A stretch of 64,000 bases of DNA, taken from Planctomycetota bacterium (GTDB lineage: Bacteria > Planctomycetota > Planctomycetia > Pirellulales > Pirellulaceae). The translations under genes and the position numbers were made by a program. This document shows, in pieces, positions 9,385 through 19,640 of this stretch (the stretch's first letter is position 1; each line of letters begins with the position of its first letter). The stretch spans positions 104,156 to 168,155 of the forward strand of contig JABAAE010000012.1 of the NCBI GenBank assembly GCA_014238905.1. The letters run 5' to 3'. The notes beneath the pieces are model-generated. The model was not told where the DNA came from and did not search any database. It worked only from the letters and a program-made list of their open reading frames with translations.

Positions 9385-9574
9385 GACGGGGATCGCCACT
9401 TTGCTGAATCAGATGGGCTTGCATTGCCTCTCATCGTTTACCCAGTAACCGGGACCGTGGCTCGCTGAAATAACAATGATGGGAGGTTGAGACTGGTGTG
9501 GGGCGCCCGGATACGCCCTCTGGCTGACCGAACTGAATTGGATTCGAATCAATCAGCAATCGGTGCCAAATCTG

Positions 9575-12100
9575 CTATTTGTTTTTTTTTCGACTTGATG
9601 GACTGAAGCTAGATTGACTTGACTGAGGTTTGCCAGATTTTTTCTTGGTGCTGAATTTCTTCTTTGCCCCAAAACTGCCCGGTTTTGAAAAGTTTTTCTT
9701 CTTGGGTGATCCGGTCGATTTTTGAAACTTGTTTTTTTGCTCGGACGTCTTTGGGTTAAAACCCTTTTCTTTAGCTGGTGCAACACCTGACTCAGCAGTT
9801 CCCTCCCCGCGATGCTTGAAATCTCTCCCTTTGTTACGTTGATTGGAAAGATTGTCTGATTTGGGAAAAGAGGAACGCTTTTGTTGGTCGTTTTTCTTGT
9901 TGCCCATGCGGCTGGCAGGGCGACGGTCCCTGCTATTACGGTCCCTGCTATTACGGTCCCTGCTATTACGATCGCTGCTATGACGATCGCTGCTATGACG
10001 ATCGCTTTCAGTCAGTTTGGAGATGTTCAGAGAGCGACCGGAAACGGTGACGCCTTTGAGGTGATCGATCGCACTTTGGGAAATGTCTAATGGGAGATCT
10101 ACCGTGCTGTAGCGATCAAATATTTTGATTTTTCCTATCGCTTCGTTGCCAATTCCAGCTTCGTTGGTGATCGCACCGACAATATTTCCGGGCTGGACCC
10201 GGTCCTGATTACCGATTTCAATTCGATAGGATTCGAACTGTGAATTGGATCTTGCAAATCGTCTGGCAGCTGACGATTCCGATTTGCGACCACCATGTCG
10301 CTGTTGACCATGGCCGCCTTTTCTACCTCGAACACTTTCTCGTGAGTTGTGCTCGGAGAAATCCGGTAGCTTCAACTCCTCGCGAACCAACATCGACGTT
10401 TGCCCGTTTGCCATGACTGCCAAGGCGGCGGCGATATTTTCCATGGGTACATCATTTTCATTTTCATAGTGTTCGATGATGGTCCGGAATTTTTCGATTT
10501 CTCGGCTGCCTAACGATTCACTGATTTTCTCGTGAAACCGAGTCACTCGGCTCTTGTTGATCGCGCGGTTATTTGGCACCGCGTAGCGTTCGATAGACTG
10601 CCGCGTCCCTTTTTCGATTTCGTTTAGCACCGTTTTTTCTCTAGGGTGCAGGAATAATATCGCCTCGCCATTGCGTCCGGCACGACCTGTTCTGCCGATA
10701 CGGTGGACATAACTTTCTACATCATGTGGCAAATCGTAGTTGACGACGTGGCTGATTCTTTCTACATCCAGGCCTCTCGCAGCCACATCGGTGGCAACGA
10801 TGACATCGATTTTCCCACGCCGGAGGTTTTCGACGATTTTTTCACGTTGTTTTTGTGGGACATCGCCGTTAAGTGCTGCTGTCGTCAGGCCGGTTTCCGT
10901 TGCCACAAAGTCTGCAAGGGGTTCGGTCGTGCTTCGCATCTTTACAAAAATGAGAACCCCTTCAGTTGGTTCGGCCTCCAGAATCCTGGATAACGCAGCC
11001 TGTTTTTGATGGGGAGATGCGATCACATACCTTTGATTAATCGTCGACGCCGTCGTTCGTTTTTTGTCGATAGTGATCTGCGCGGGGTCGTGAAGGTGTT
11101 TCGAGGCAATGGCTCGGATTTGATTCGGCAAGGTTGCCGAGAAAAATGCCATTTGGCGTTGTTTTGGAGCTTGGGTAAGTACCCAGTCGACGTCTTCAGC
11201 AAAACCCATCCTCAGCATCTCGTCCGCCTCGTCCAGAACAAGGCAAACCAGACCCTCTAGATTCATGGTTTTGCGTCTTAAATGGTCCATGACTCGTCCA
11301 GGCGTTCCCACAACGACATGAGCACCTCGATTGAGTTGTTTGAATTGAACGTGGTAGTCCTGTCCACCGTAAATGGCTGCGACCCGTAAGCCCTTTAAAT
11401 ATTTTGCGTAAGATTCAAAGCTCTCGGCGACTTGAATGGCAAGTTCCCGTGTTGGGACCAGAACAAGGACTTGGGTTCGTTTATTGTGAAGGTCGACTCG
11501 GTCCAAAAGTGGTAACGCAAAGGCGGCCGTTTTCCCCGTTCCTGTTTGGGCTTGGCCGAGCACGTCTTTTCCGGCGAGGATGAGGGGGATGGTTTTGGAT
11601 TGAATTGGCGTTGGCGTGGTGTATCCCGCTTCGTCGATTGATGCAACAAGTTGATCCGTCAGTCCCAACTGGGCAAACTTGTTGACTGGTTGGCCGCTAC
11701 GTGAGCGGTCCCCGGAATCCTCAGTCTTAGATTCTTCGGCAGTGCTTGTGATGCCCTGATTGTTTTCCTGATCTTCTACAAGATCAGAGCCTTCGGCCGG
11801 CGCCGATTCACTTTCGTCTGCGCTTGAGATGGAGGGGCTGCAGGGATCAGGTTGTCCCGATTCGTTGTCCAGGCCGGTAGATTCTTCGGCAGTGCTTGTG
11901 ATGCCCTGATTGTTTTCCTGATCTTTTACAAGATCAGAGCCTTCGGCCGGCGCCGATCCACTTTCGTCTGCGCTTGAGATGGAGGGGCTGCAGGGATCAG
12001 GTTGTCCCGGTTCGTTGTCCAGACCAGTAGATTCGGCAGAGTTCGAGTGAATGGAAACGTCAGATTTGGGCGAGGTTTCCATGGCTTCAGCTTGCGACAT
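9575..12100 (-). CDS. DEAD-box ATP-dependent RNA helicase (DeaD/CsdA-like) with repetitive acidic N-terminal extension and SDR/Lys-rich C-terminal tail
   Basis: Q-motif through motif VI: TPTPIQSKTIP, AQTGTGKTAAF, PTRELA, VLDEADEMLRMGF, SAT, HRIGRTGRAGRNG. A DbpA-type RNA-binding region follows (GKIKIFDRYSTVDLP). The tail reads SDRHSSDRHSSDRNSRDRNSRDRNSRDRRP then ...KKKFSTKKKSGKP. Confidence 0.9.
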   Translation of the reverse strand: MSQAEAMETSPKSDVSIHSNSAESTGLDNEPGQPDPCSPSISSADESGSAPAEGSDLVKDQENNQGITSTAEESTGLDNESGQPDPCSPSISSADESESAPAEGSDLVEDQENNQGITSTAEESKTEDSGDRSRSGQPVNKFAQLGLTDQLVASIDEAGYTTPTPIQSKTIPLILAGKDVLGQAQTGTGKTAAFALPLLDRVDLHNKRTQVLVLVPTRELAIQVAESFESYAKYLKGLRVAAIYGGQDYHVQFKQLNRGAHVVVGTPGRVMDHLRRKTMNLEGLVCLVLDEADEMLRMGFAEDVDWVLTQAPKQRQMAFFSATLPNQIRAIASKHLHDPAQITIDKKRTTASTINQRYVIASPHQKQAALSRILEAEPTEGVLIFVKMRSTTEPLADFVATETGLTTAALNGDVPQKQREKIVENLRRGKIDVIVATDVAARGLDVERISHVVNYDLPHDVESYVHRIGRTGRAGRNGEAILFLHPREKTVLNEIEKGTRQSIERYAVPNNRAINKSRVTRFHEKISESLGSREIEKFRTIIEHYENENDVPMENIAAALAVMANGQTSMLVREELKLPDFSEHNSRESVRGRKGGHGQQRHGGRKSESSAARRFARSNSQFESYRIEIGNQDRVQPGNIVGAITNEAGIGNEAIGKIKIFDRYSTVDLPLDISQSAIDHLKGVTVSGRSLNISKLTESDRHSSDRHSSDRNSRDRNSRDRNSRDRRPASRMGNKKNDQQKRSSFPKSDNLSNQRNKGRDFKHRGEGTAESGVAPAKEKGFNPKTSEQKNKFQKSTGSPKKKNFSKPGSFGAKKKFSTKKKSGKPQSSQSSFSPSSRKKNK
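9933..10007. repeat. 15-bp in-frame tandem repeats x5 inside the helicase 3' region (acggtccctgctatt x3, acgatcgctgctatg x2)
   Basis: Contiguous copies. On the coding (minus) strand they encode the SDRHS/SDRNS/RDRNS pentapeptide repeats. Confidence 0.8.
11729..12028. repeat. 150-bp in-frame tandem duplication in the helicase 5' region
   Basis: Two near-identical 150-bp copies (3-4 mismatches) encode the 50-aa unit ESTGLDNE(P/S)GQPDPCSPSISSADES(G/E)SAPAEGSDLV(K/E)DQENNQGITSTAE twice. Confidence 0.8.
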
Positions 12101-13059
12101 GTTGGTTATTACAATTAGTTTGTTTTAATCAGTTTGTTTTTTTATGGCGTGGTTGGCAGGATCCAAGGTGCTTCTATTCACCACGGCGATTTGGCGAAGA
12201 CCGGCTCTTGACTGTTTCTACGTCGGTTCGTCAAGAGTCTCAGCAAGTAGCAAATTGAGTTGGGGCCGTTTTGACTGCTCCGTCGTTGGAATGGACTTGG
12301 CATTTGCCAAGCTGGTTTCCTGCAGGAAAAAGAGAAATCAATTGAGCCGAATTCAGAAGAGGGATCCAGCCTGCGGATGAACATGGCAACTAAAGTATTC
12401 AATACCCGTAATGGCATGTTACGACGCACCGGCATGATTGAGCCAACAATCACTCGTCGGAGTCTAATCCAGTTCTGCCATGGCGACGAGGGGTAAAACC
12501 GAACGAATTGCAATTCGGACGGATTTCCTTCCCCGCCTATTCAGTTCAGTTGTTACGGTCGCATGATTGTGAGTGTCGGGATGAAATCGGTGTGGCCCGG
12601 GGCAAATCTCCGGATCAGCGCGTTAGCGGACGTTGATCTGCCGGAATAGGCGGTTTTGGGTGGCTGACACGTCGGTTTTCCGGTTGTCAGTCCAATGTGC
12701 CCTCTGCGGTTGCTAGGCCGGAGGCAGGTTAGACGACCTGCTTTGCCAATCATGGTTGTTTCTTGGATATTTGGCCCAGTTCCTGATGACACCGGCCAAT
12801 ACCTCGTATTCCGCATGATCCGACCATGCATTGAATCAGGGGTGTCTCGATGATGGGCGGGGCTGATCTCTTTTATCCGACACGTTCTGATTCTTTCGGG
12901 TTTGGAATCGCGGGGGACATCGGTGATTTGGTACTGTGCAAGAAACATGCTTAAAATGGAGGTCGTGTCTTTTGTCTCTTGCTTGCAATGAGCAATGAAA
13001 GGTTGCTGCCACCCGTTTCAATTAACCCGATATTCTTTCCCTTCTGTTAAAGGACCGTC

Positions 13060-14346
13060 ATGAGCGATCTAGCCGACCGACGTCATTTTCTAGCTGCCAG
13101 TGCCGCTGGAACGATGATAGCATCCGGTTTTCATACCAGTACCGCCACCGCGTCGTCATCGTCCCCCAATGAGAATCTGGTTTGCGGTGTCATGGGAGTC
13201 AATGGACGGGGCAGTTCGTTGGCAAAGGGTTTTTCCCGCCAAAAAAATGTAACGGTTTCTCATGTCTGTGATGTGGATTCCCGGGCAGTATTAAAAGGTA
13301 AGTCTGCCGTGCAATCGGTCACGGGGAAAGTGCCTGTAGGATCGGCTGATTTTAGAAGCCTGTTGGACGAGAAATCCATTGATATTCTGATCGTTGCTGC
13401 TCCTAATCACTGGCATGGACCAGCATCGATGCTCGCGATGCAAGCTGGAAAACACGTTTACGTTGAGAAGCCCTGTTCGCACACTCCCAGGGAGGGTGAA
13501 TTGATGGTGGAAAATTCTGAGAAATACAAAAGGGTTTGTACCATGGGTAGCCAGCGGCGGAGCACGGCGGGGCATCGGGCTGCCATCAAGAAAATCCACG
13601 ATGGTGAAATCGGAAAAGTGCTGTATGCAAAATGCTGGTATGCCAACCGCAGAGGACCGATTGGAAAGGGCAAAAAAGTGCAGGTTCCAGACTGGCTTGA
13701 CTTTGAGTTGTGGCAGGGACCTTGTACGGAAAAACCTTATAAAGACAACTTAGTGCATTACAATTGGCATTGGCATTGGCATTGGGGGAACGGGGAGCTT
13801 GGGAATAACGGTGTGCACGCAATCGACGTGGCCCGGTGGGGAATGCAGGTTGATTATCCAACACGAGTTGTCTCTGCTGGTGGCCGATATCGATTTGATG
13901 ACGATCAGGAAACCGCTGATACCCATCTGACCAGTTTTGAATTTGGCGATCGGTTACTGGTTTGGGAGGGCGTGAGTTGGTCGCCCAAGGGCAATGAGGG
14001 CACCGCTTTCGGGATTGCTTTCCATGGGGATAAAGGATCGCTTTATCTGTATGACAACAAATACGAGATTTATGATATGCAGCGAAAACTGGTTCTCGAA
14101 GAGCCTTTTTCTTTCAGTGATGATCCACACTTTGATGATTTCCTGGGCTGCATTCGAAATGGAGGTAAACCGAATGCGACCATTGAGGAAGCGCACAAGA
14201 GTACACTGTTGTGCCATCTGGGAAACATTGCTCATCGATCAGGGAAAGCCATCCAGACGGACCCTGCCAATGGCAGGATGAAGAACGGTGAATTGCAAAA
14301 ATTCTGGACCAAAGAATATCGGGATGGATGGGAGCCAACCACTTGA
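13060..14346 (+). CDS. Gfo/Idh/MocA family oxidoreductase with twin-arginine (Tat) signal
   Basis: Tat signal: RRHFLAASAAGTMIASG. Rossmann block VCGVMGVNGRGSSLAKGF. Core motifs EKPCSHT and HYNWHWHWHWGNGELGNNGVHAIDVARW. Confidence 0.85.
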   Translation: MSDLADRRHFLAASAAGTMIASGFHTSTATASSSSPNENLVCGVMGVNGRGSSLAKGFSRQKNVTVSHVCDVDSRAVLKGKSAVQSVTGKVPVGSADFRSLLDEKSIDILIVAAPNHWHGPASMLAMQAGKHVYVEKPCSHTPREGELMVENSEKYKRVCTMGSQRRSTAGHRAAIKKIHDGEIGKVLYAKCWYANRRGPIGKGKKVQVPDWLDFELWQGPCTEKPYKDNLVHYNWHWHWHWGNGELGNNGVHAIDVARWGMQVDYPTRVVSAGGRYRFDDDQETADTHLTSFEFGDRLLVWEGVSWSPKGNEGTAFGIAFHGDKGSLYLYDNKYEIYDMQRKLVLEEPFSFSDDPHFDDFLGCIRNGGKPNATIEEAHKSTLLCHLGNIAHRSGKAIQTDPANGRMKNGELQKFWTKEYRDGWEPTT

Positions 14347-14404
14347 ATTGTATTGGATTCAATCCAATGCGATAGGTTAAATGAACGGATTTCTTGATCA
14401 CCAA

Positions 14405-14442
14405 CGCCTGAGGAATATCATGCCGCCTGAGGAGTATCATGC
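14405..14442. repeat. 19-bp tandem duplication (cgcctgagga[a/g]tatcatgc x2) in the convergent intergenic region
   Basis: Two contiguous copies with one mismatch, about 60 nt after the Gfo/Idh/MocA stop. Just upstream at 14352..14368 sits a 7-bp stem with a 3-nt loop, attggat-tca-atccaat. Confidence 0.6.
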
Positions 14443-14513
14443 AGGAAATGGGATGAAGTCATTCTCCTGACCTTATTGGGTACTGACGCTCAAAAGCTCG
14501 CTTTTTCAATAGA

Positions 14514-15143
14514 TTACTGAAGGCTTGGAGTGGGCTGTTTTTCTGCCAGGTCTTTGAGTTTCAGCAGGTCGCTTTCAAGCTTGAGCCGGATTTGCTTGTC
14601 AAGAAAGGCAGCCGAGATTCTGGAAAGACCCTTAAACCTGACTTGGAAAGTTTGCGCAACCACGATGGTATTGCTGGACAACCCGTCGTCGTTTTTGAAA
14701 CTAAGCTGGAAGTTGTTGGTCGCATCAAAAAGATCACATTGCATTGAGAGTTGGAGTTCCCGCCCCTGCTGAATGTTGGTGACTTCATTCTGAATGTCAA
14801 AAACAGTTTGGCTCTCCTTGTCGTTGATGGTTGTCTTGAATCTAACGCCAAGTGTGGCGCTCCCTGGCTTACCGATGGACTCAATCTGTGAAACACCGGT
14901 GACCCATTTTTTTAACGAATCCGGCTGTGTAATCAATTCAAAAATCGTTTCACGAGAGGCGTCTATTTCCTGGGTGACTAAAAATTCTTTTTGTCCTCCA
15001 CCGATCGCAAACAGAATCCCCACAGTACTGAAAAACAGGAGATTGATCACCAGCATGATTTTCAAGAGAAGGAACCACCATAGTTTTTGCTGCAGATGAT
15101 TGACCCGTTTGGTCTCAGAATCAATCTCTCTAAAACCGGTCAT
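14514..15143 (-). CDS. Hypothetical membrane-anchored protein (single N-terminal TM; possibly SRPBCC-like fold)
   Basis: N-terminal hydrophobic stretch LWWFLLLKIMLVINLLFFSTVGILFAIGGG, then a ~150-aa mixed alpha/beta region. It sits 10 nt after the upstream gene on the same strand (operon with tkt and the sugar-phosphate isomerase). Confidence 0.45.
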   Translation of the reverse strand: MTGFREIDSETKRVNHLQQKLWWFLLLKIMLVINLLFFSTVGILFAIGGGQKEFLVTQEIDASRETIFELITQPDSLKKWVTGVSQIESIGKPGSATLGVRFKTTINDKESQTVFDIQNEVTNIQQGRELQLSMQCDLFDATNNFQLSFKNDDGLSSNTIVVAQTFQVRFKGLSRISAAFLDKQIRLKLESDLLKLKDLAEKQPTPSLQ

Positions 15144-15152
15144 GACACACCT

Positions 15153-15995
15153 TTACCCAATTTTTTGTTTGATTTCATTCAGCAGGCTGACTGCACTACC
15201 AATTTCCAATTTTTGCCGATCAGGATCTTGGGGAATCTCTCTTTCAATGGTAAGCGGTCCCTCATAGCCTAACTGGTCCAGAGTTCTCAAGTAGTTTTCC
15301 ATGCCCACGTCTCCATCGCCCAGTGCTACTTCGGCACCCCACTCCTGTCCTGGGTTATCTGCCCACTTCCCGTCTTTGCAATGCACACTGCGTACATATT
15401 GACCAATTTTCTGCAGGGCTTCGATGGGTTCGCCAGTACCGTAGAGAATCATGTTGGCAGGATCAAAATTGACAAATAGATTGTCTCGTTCTACATCGGT
15501 AAGAAATTGCAATAATCCCTCGGCCGTTTCCTGACCTGTTTCCAGATGGAGTGCCTGTTGGTTGGTTTTGCAATGATCGCAAAGATCCCGCGTTACCGCC
15601 AGAATTTCCTGATAAAGGGGGCTGCTTGTCTCATGTGGAACAAAACCCAAATGCAGGGCAACAACGTCACAATGGAGAAGCCTAGCGAAATCTGAAATTT
15701 CCTTCATTTCGGTTGTGCGTTGAGCGCGAGTCGATTCGGGAATGAGTCCCACCGTTTCGACGACCGTTGGAATATCGGCATAGCTTTCGCCTTCAAAGCC
15801 ACCGAATACGGCGGTCAGTGTAATGTTATACGTCGATAGTTTTTGCAAAAACAACTTGGCATTTTCGGCTGTTCTGGACTCTTTCGCCGGGGCATGAAGT
15901 TGGATGGTTGGAATATTCAGATCATTGGCAACCTCCAGTTTGACACCCAGTCCCGCATCGATACTTGCAAAGACGCCTATTGGCCATTTTTCCAT
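15153..15995 (-). CDS. Sugar phosphate isomerase/epimerase (xylose-isomerase-like TIM barrel)
   Basis: The full-length pattern of the AP-endonuclease-2/xylose-isomerase-like TIM family: ...LHLGFVPHE..., ...NFDPANM..., ...HCKD..., EGPLTIERE. Confidence 0.75.
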   Translation of the reverse strand: MEKWPIGVFASIDAGLGVKLEVANDLNIPTIQLHAPAKESRTAENAKLFLQKLSTYNITLTAVFGGFEGESYADIPTVVETVGLIPESTRAQRTTEMKEISDFARLLHCDVVALHLGFVPHETSSPLYQEILAVTRDLCDHCKTNQQALHLETGQETAEGLLQFLTDVERDNLFVNFDPANMILYGTGEPIEALQKIGQYVRSVHCKDGKWADNPGQEWGAEVALGDGDVGMENYLRTLDQLGYEGPLTIEREIPQDPDRQKLEIGSAVSLLNEIKQKIG

Positions 15996-16055
15996 GATAA
16001 TCCTCTGAAAAAGTTGTGTGTTGAATGGTTTGGATTTTTGACTGAAGCGTCAAAT

Positions 16056-18113
16056 TCAGCTCTTGGCGGCGTGGACGACATTATCGACGGTGATGCCGAA
16101 GTGTTGATAAACTTCTTTATAGGGTGCTGAGGCACCAAATGAATTCATGCCCACGAAGTGGCCTGAAGATCCAATGTACTTGTCCCAACCCATTCGGATT
16201 CCTGCTTCAACTGCGACTCTGCGTAAAACCGATGGTGGAAGAACCTCTTCCTGATAGGATTTTTCCTGTTCGTCAAACAGTTCCCAGCATGGCATGCTGA
16301 CGACACGGGCCGCAATGCCATCGGCGGCAAGCCGATGGTAGGCGTCGACGCAAAGTGACAATTCGCTACCGGTACCAATCAGGATGACTTCCGGGACGTC
16401 TTGGGAATCGATGAGTACGTAGCCACCTTTCGCACATTGTTCGGCAGAGCCGTAGGATGACCGGTCATACGTCGGCACATTTTGCCGGGTTAAAATCATC
16501 GCCGTAGGACGATTCGAGTTTTGCAGCGCCGTTTGGTAACATTGTGCCACTTCGTTGGCATCACCGGGCCGCATTACCAGCAATCCCGGAATGGACCGTG
16601 CCGCTGCCAAATGTTCGACCGGTTGGTGGGTCGGTCCATCTTCCCCAACTCCAATGGAGTCGTGCGTCAGAACGTAGGTGACTCCAAGCCCCATAAGGCT
16701 GCTCAGCCGCATCGCGCCCCGCATATAATCGGTGAAGACGAAAAAAGTGGCTCCGTAAGGCCGGATCCCACAAAGAGCCATTCCGTTGCAGGCTGCTGCC
16801 ATAGCATGTTCGCGAATACCAAAGTGGAAGTTACGACCACCATAGTTGGACGGTCCAAACTCGCCTGCCCCTTCATGATTGATTAACGTCTTGGTCGACG
16901 GGGCCAAGTCGGCAGAGCCTCCAATGAACCATGGAATAACAGGGCCGAAGCTATTGAGTGTTTTGCCGGATGAATTTCGGGTTGCCATGCCGCTTTCCAG
17001 ATCAGTTGGAAATGTCGGCAGGCTGGATTCCCAATCGTCAGGAAGATTTCCTGACCAGATTTGCTGCAATTGTAACGCCAGATCGGGATGCTCGGCTTCA
17101 TAAGCGGCGAAGTCTGACTGCCATTGTGAGAAGGCGTCGGCTCCCCGCGAGCCCATCTTCTCGGCAAAGTGCGCGGGAACCTCAGCGGGGACCTTGAATT
17201 TTTCATCGGGCCAGCCATAGGCCTGCTTGGTGAGTTTGATTTCATCTTCGCCCAGCGGCGCGCCATGGGCATCATGGCTGTTGGCTTTGTTAGGTGAGCC
17301 AAAACCAATAATGCTTTTTAGGATAACGAGAGTTGGCTTGTCGCTGGTCGCCTTAAATTCGTCGAGAGCATTTTTGATCGCGATGAGATCATTTGCATCT
17401 TCGACGGTGATGGTATGCCAGCCCATCCCCTGGAACTTGGTGGCAATATCTTCACTGAATGCCAAATCCGTATTACCTTCGATGGTGATGTTGTTGTCGT
17501 CGTAAATCCAACACAGATTATCCAGTTTCAAGTGGCCTGCCATCGATGCCGCTTCACAACCAATTCCCTCCATCAGGTCGCCATCGCTGCAAAGTGCATA
17601 GGTATTAAAACCGAAAATCTCATGTTGTGGCTTGTTATATCGATCTTCAAACCACTTGGCAGCAATCGCCATACCCACGCTGTTTGAGATACCCTGTCCC
17701 AACGGTCCGGTTGTGGTTTCAATTCCTTCCGCTTCTCCAAATTCTGGGTGGCCAGCGCAGGGGCTGTGCAGTTGGCGGAAATTCTTGATGTCATCGAGAT
17801 CAATGGATAACTCGTCTGTCGGTTCACCTGATGAGTCCACTTTCCTGATTCCAGCCAGGTGAATCATCGAGTAGAGCAACATCGATGCGTGCCCGCAGGA
17901 TAGGACAAACCGGTCTCGGGCAGGCCAGTGGGGGTGAGCTGGATCGTATTGGAGAGCTTCCTGCCAGACTGAGTAGGCAACTGGAGCCAGAGCCATCGGT
18001 GTTCCGGGGTGTCCACTATTTGCCGCCTGGACCCCATCCATGGAGAGGGTCCGAATCGTGTTGATGGCCAGTGTTTCAATGCTTGCAGTCTCTGTCGTCA
18101 TACAATAATCCAA
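16056..18113 (-). CDS. tkt: Transketolase
   Basis: ANSGHPGTPMALAPVAYSVW is the ThDP-binding region. Typical length of 685 aa. GDG and HDSIGVGEDGPTHQPVE motifs are present. Confidence 0.9.
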   Translation of the reverse strand: MDYCMTTETASIETLAINTIRTLSMDGVQAANSGHPGTPMALAPVAYSVWQEALQYDPAHPHWPARDRFVLSCGHASMLLYSMIHLAGIRKVDSSGEPTDELSIDLDDIKNFRQLHSPCAGHPEFGEAEGIETTTGPLGQGISNSVGMAIAAKWFEDRYNKPQHEIFGFNTYALCSDGDLMEGIGCEAASMAGHLKLDNLCWIYDDNNITIEGNTDLAFSEDIATKFQGMGWHTITVEDANDLIAIKNALDEFKATSDKPTLVILKSIIGFGSPNKANSHDAHGAPLGEDEIKLTKQAYGWPDEKFKVPAEVPAHFAEKMGSRGADAFSQWQSDFAAYEAEHPDLALQLQQIWSGNLPDDWESSLPTFPTDLESGMATRNSSGKTLNSFGPVIPWFIGGSADLAPSTKTLINHEGAGEFGPSNYGGRNFHFGIREHAMAAACNGMALCGIRPYGATFFVFTDYMRGAMRLSSLMGLGVTYVLTHDSIGVGEDGPTHQPVEHLAAARSIPGLLVMRPGDANEVAQCYQTALQNSNRPTAMILTRQNVPTYDRSSYGSAEQCAKGGYVLIDSQDVPEVILIGTGSELSLCVDAYHRLAADGIAARVVSMPCWELFDEQEKSYQEEVLPPSVLRRVAVEAGIRMGWDKYIGSSGHFVGMNSFGASAPYKEVYQHFGITVDNVVHAAKS

Positions 18114-18436
18114 ATTGAATATAAATAATTTGTGTTCAAAGTCCTGTCTGTGCCATCGTTAAGGGCGACCAGAATCCCGCTGAACTTTTTTTTAAGCATA
18201 ATCCCTCATTAGAAAGTGACGCCGCCGAACCGGCAATACGGGAATCGGAGTAGGATTGGCTTGGCGAGGCGATCTTGCGGTTTGCGGGGGTCGCTGGCAT
18301 GCCGGGAACCGGCGATGAATTGCTATGGCGATGTTTTCGGCGTAAATTAAACTGTAGATCCAAGGTGTTGTCGCATGGCATTGGGTCATGGCTGATTTCC
18401 AATCCAGTTGATTCTCAGGTGTTTCCGGTATTACTT

Positions 18437-19492
18437 ATGTCAAAGAAAACACAGTTTTTTTGTCTGTTTCTGCTATGGGCGGTTCTTCCCGGCGCATTTT
18501 CTGAATTAGCTGCCCAAAGAGTTGATGATCCCAAGGAAGCTGAACCGGATAAGCTGGTTGATGCCAGGACACGAAAAGCGATCGAGCGTGGTTTGAAGTT
18601 TCTCGTGCGTAAACAGATCAAAACGGGGAACCTCAAGGGTGCGATGGGGCAGGGCGGATACGCCGGTGGTGTGGCAACCTGTGGACTCAGTGGCTTGGCA
18701 TTTATGTGTAATGGCAGTGCTCCCGGCGAGGGAAAGTATGGTGATGAAATTGATCGTTGCGTTGAGTTTATGATCAAGTCAACCAACGAGACGGGATACG
18801 TCTCCACCAACGCTGGGTCGGAGAATATGTATGGACATGGTTTCGCAACTTTATTCATGGCACAGGCATATGGAATGAGCCCCAAGAAAGAGCTGGGTGA
18901 AAAACTGAGGAAGTCCATCAAGCTAATTGTTGACATTCAGAATGCGCAAGGTGGTTGGCGTTACCGCCCTGTAAAAAGTGATGCCGATTTATCGATCACC
19001 ATCTGCCAAATTATGGCATTGCGTGCTGCCCGCGATGCTGGAATCAACGTTCCGGATGAAACGCGTAAAAAATGTATTGAGTATGTCAAGAAGAGCCAGG
19101 CGGCTGATGGTGGTTTTCGGTATACGATGGGTGGGGGCCATACCAGTTTTCCACTGACGGCGGCAGGAGTTGTGTCTCTATACAGTGCAGGGATTTACGA
19201 AGGGGAGGCGATCGACAAGGCGCTTAAGTATATCGAGAGGTACCGGCCAGGATCGGGATCCGTTGCCAATAGCAGTTACTTTTTTTATGCTCATTACTAT
19301 GCCTGCCAGGCAATGTGGCATGCTGGTGGGGATCGCTGGAAAAATTGGTATCCTGCGATCCGAAATCATCTTTTGAATCAGCAGCAGGGTGACGGATCCT
19401 GGAGCGGTCCACACAGCAACGAATTTGCCACTGCAATGGCCTGTATTATTCTCCAGATACCCTACAATTATCTGCCGGTATTTTCACCCTAG
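18437..19492 (+). CDS. Prenyltransferase/squalene-oxidase-repeat (terpenoid-cyclase-fold) secreted protein
   Basis: ORF 18275..19492; the likely start is MSKKTQFFCLFLLWAVLPGAFS (signal peptide). Repeated QxxxGGW-type units: NAQGGWRY, QAADGGFRY, QQGDGSWSG. Confidence 0.7.
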   Translation: MSKKTQFFCLFLLWAVLPGAFSELAAQRVDDPKEAEPDKLVDARTRKAIERGLKFLVRKQIKTGNLKGAMGQGGYAGGVATCGLSGLAFMCNGSAPGEGKYGDEIDRCVEFMIKSTNETGYVSTNAGSENMYGHGFATLFMAQAYGMSPKKELGEKLRKSIKLIVDIQNAQGGWRYRPVKSDADLSITICQIMALRAARDAGINVPDETRKKCIEYVKKSQAADGGFRYTMGGGHTSFPLTAAGVVSLYSAGIYEGEAIDKALKYIERYRPGSGSVANSSYFFYAHYYACQAMWHAGGDRWKNWYPAIRNHLLNQQQGDGSWSGPHSNEFATAMACIILQIPYNYLPVFSP

Positions 19493-19640
19493 TCGTCGAT
19501 CGAGTTGCGGGTGTTCACATCAGCTTCTTGCGTCTGGTGTTGTCGCTTGCAGCGTAGCACTCATGATCTGCATGGTTGTGCGGTGATCGTGGGGTATTTG
19601 GAACTGCCATCGCTGGCTGGATCGCCTGAGCAGCTATCGG

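Noticed and set aside
12553-12948. 131-aa minus-strand ORF in the helicase-upstream intergenic region
   Set aside because: Arg/Pro/Thr-rich low-complexity sequence with no plausible start context, so it is probably non-coding UTR or regulatory DNA.
16521-17687. Plus-strand ORFs (121 aa, 74 aa, 79 aa, 92 aa, 90 aa) inside tkt
   Set aside because: Antisense to a complete, well-conserved transketolase gene.
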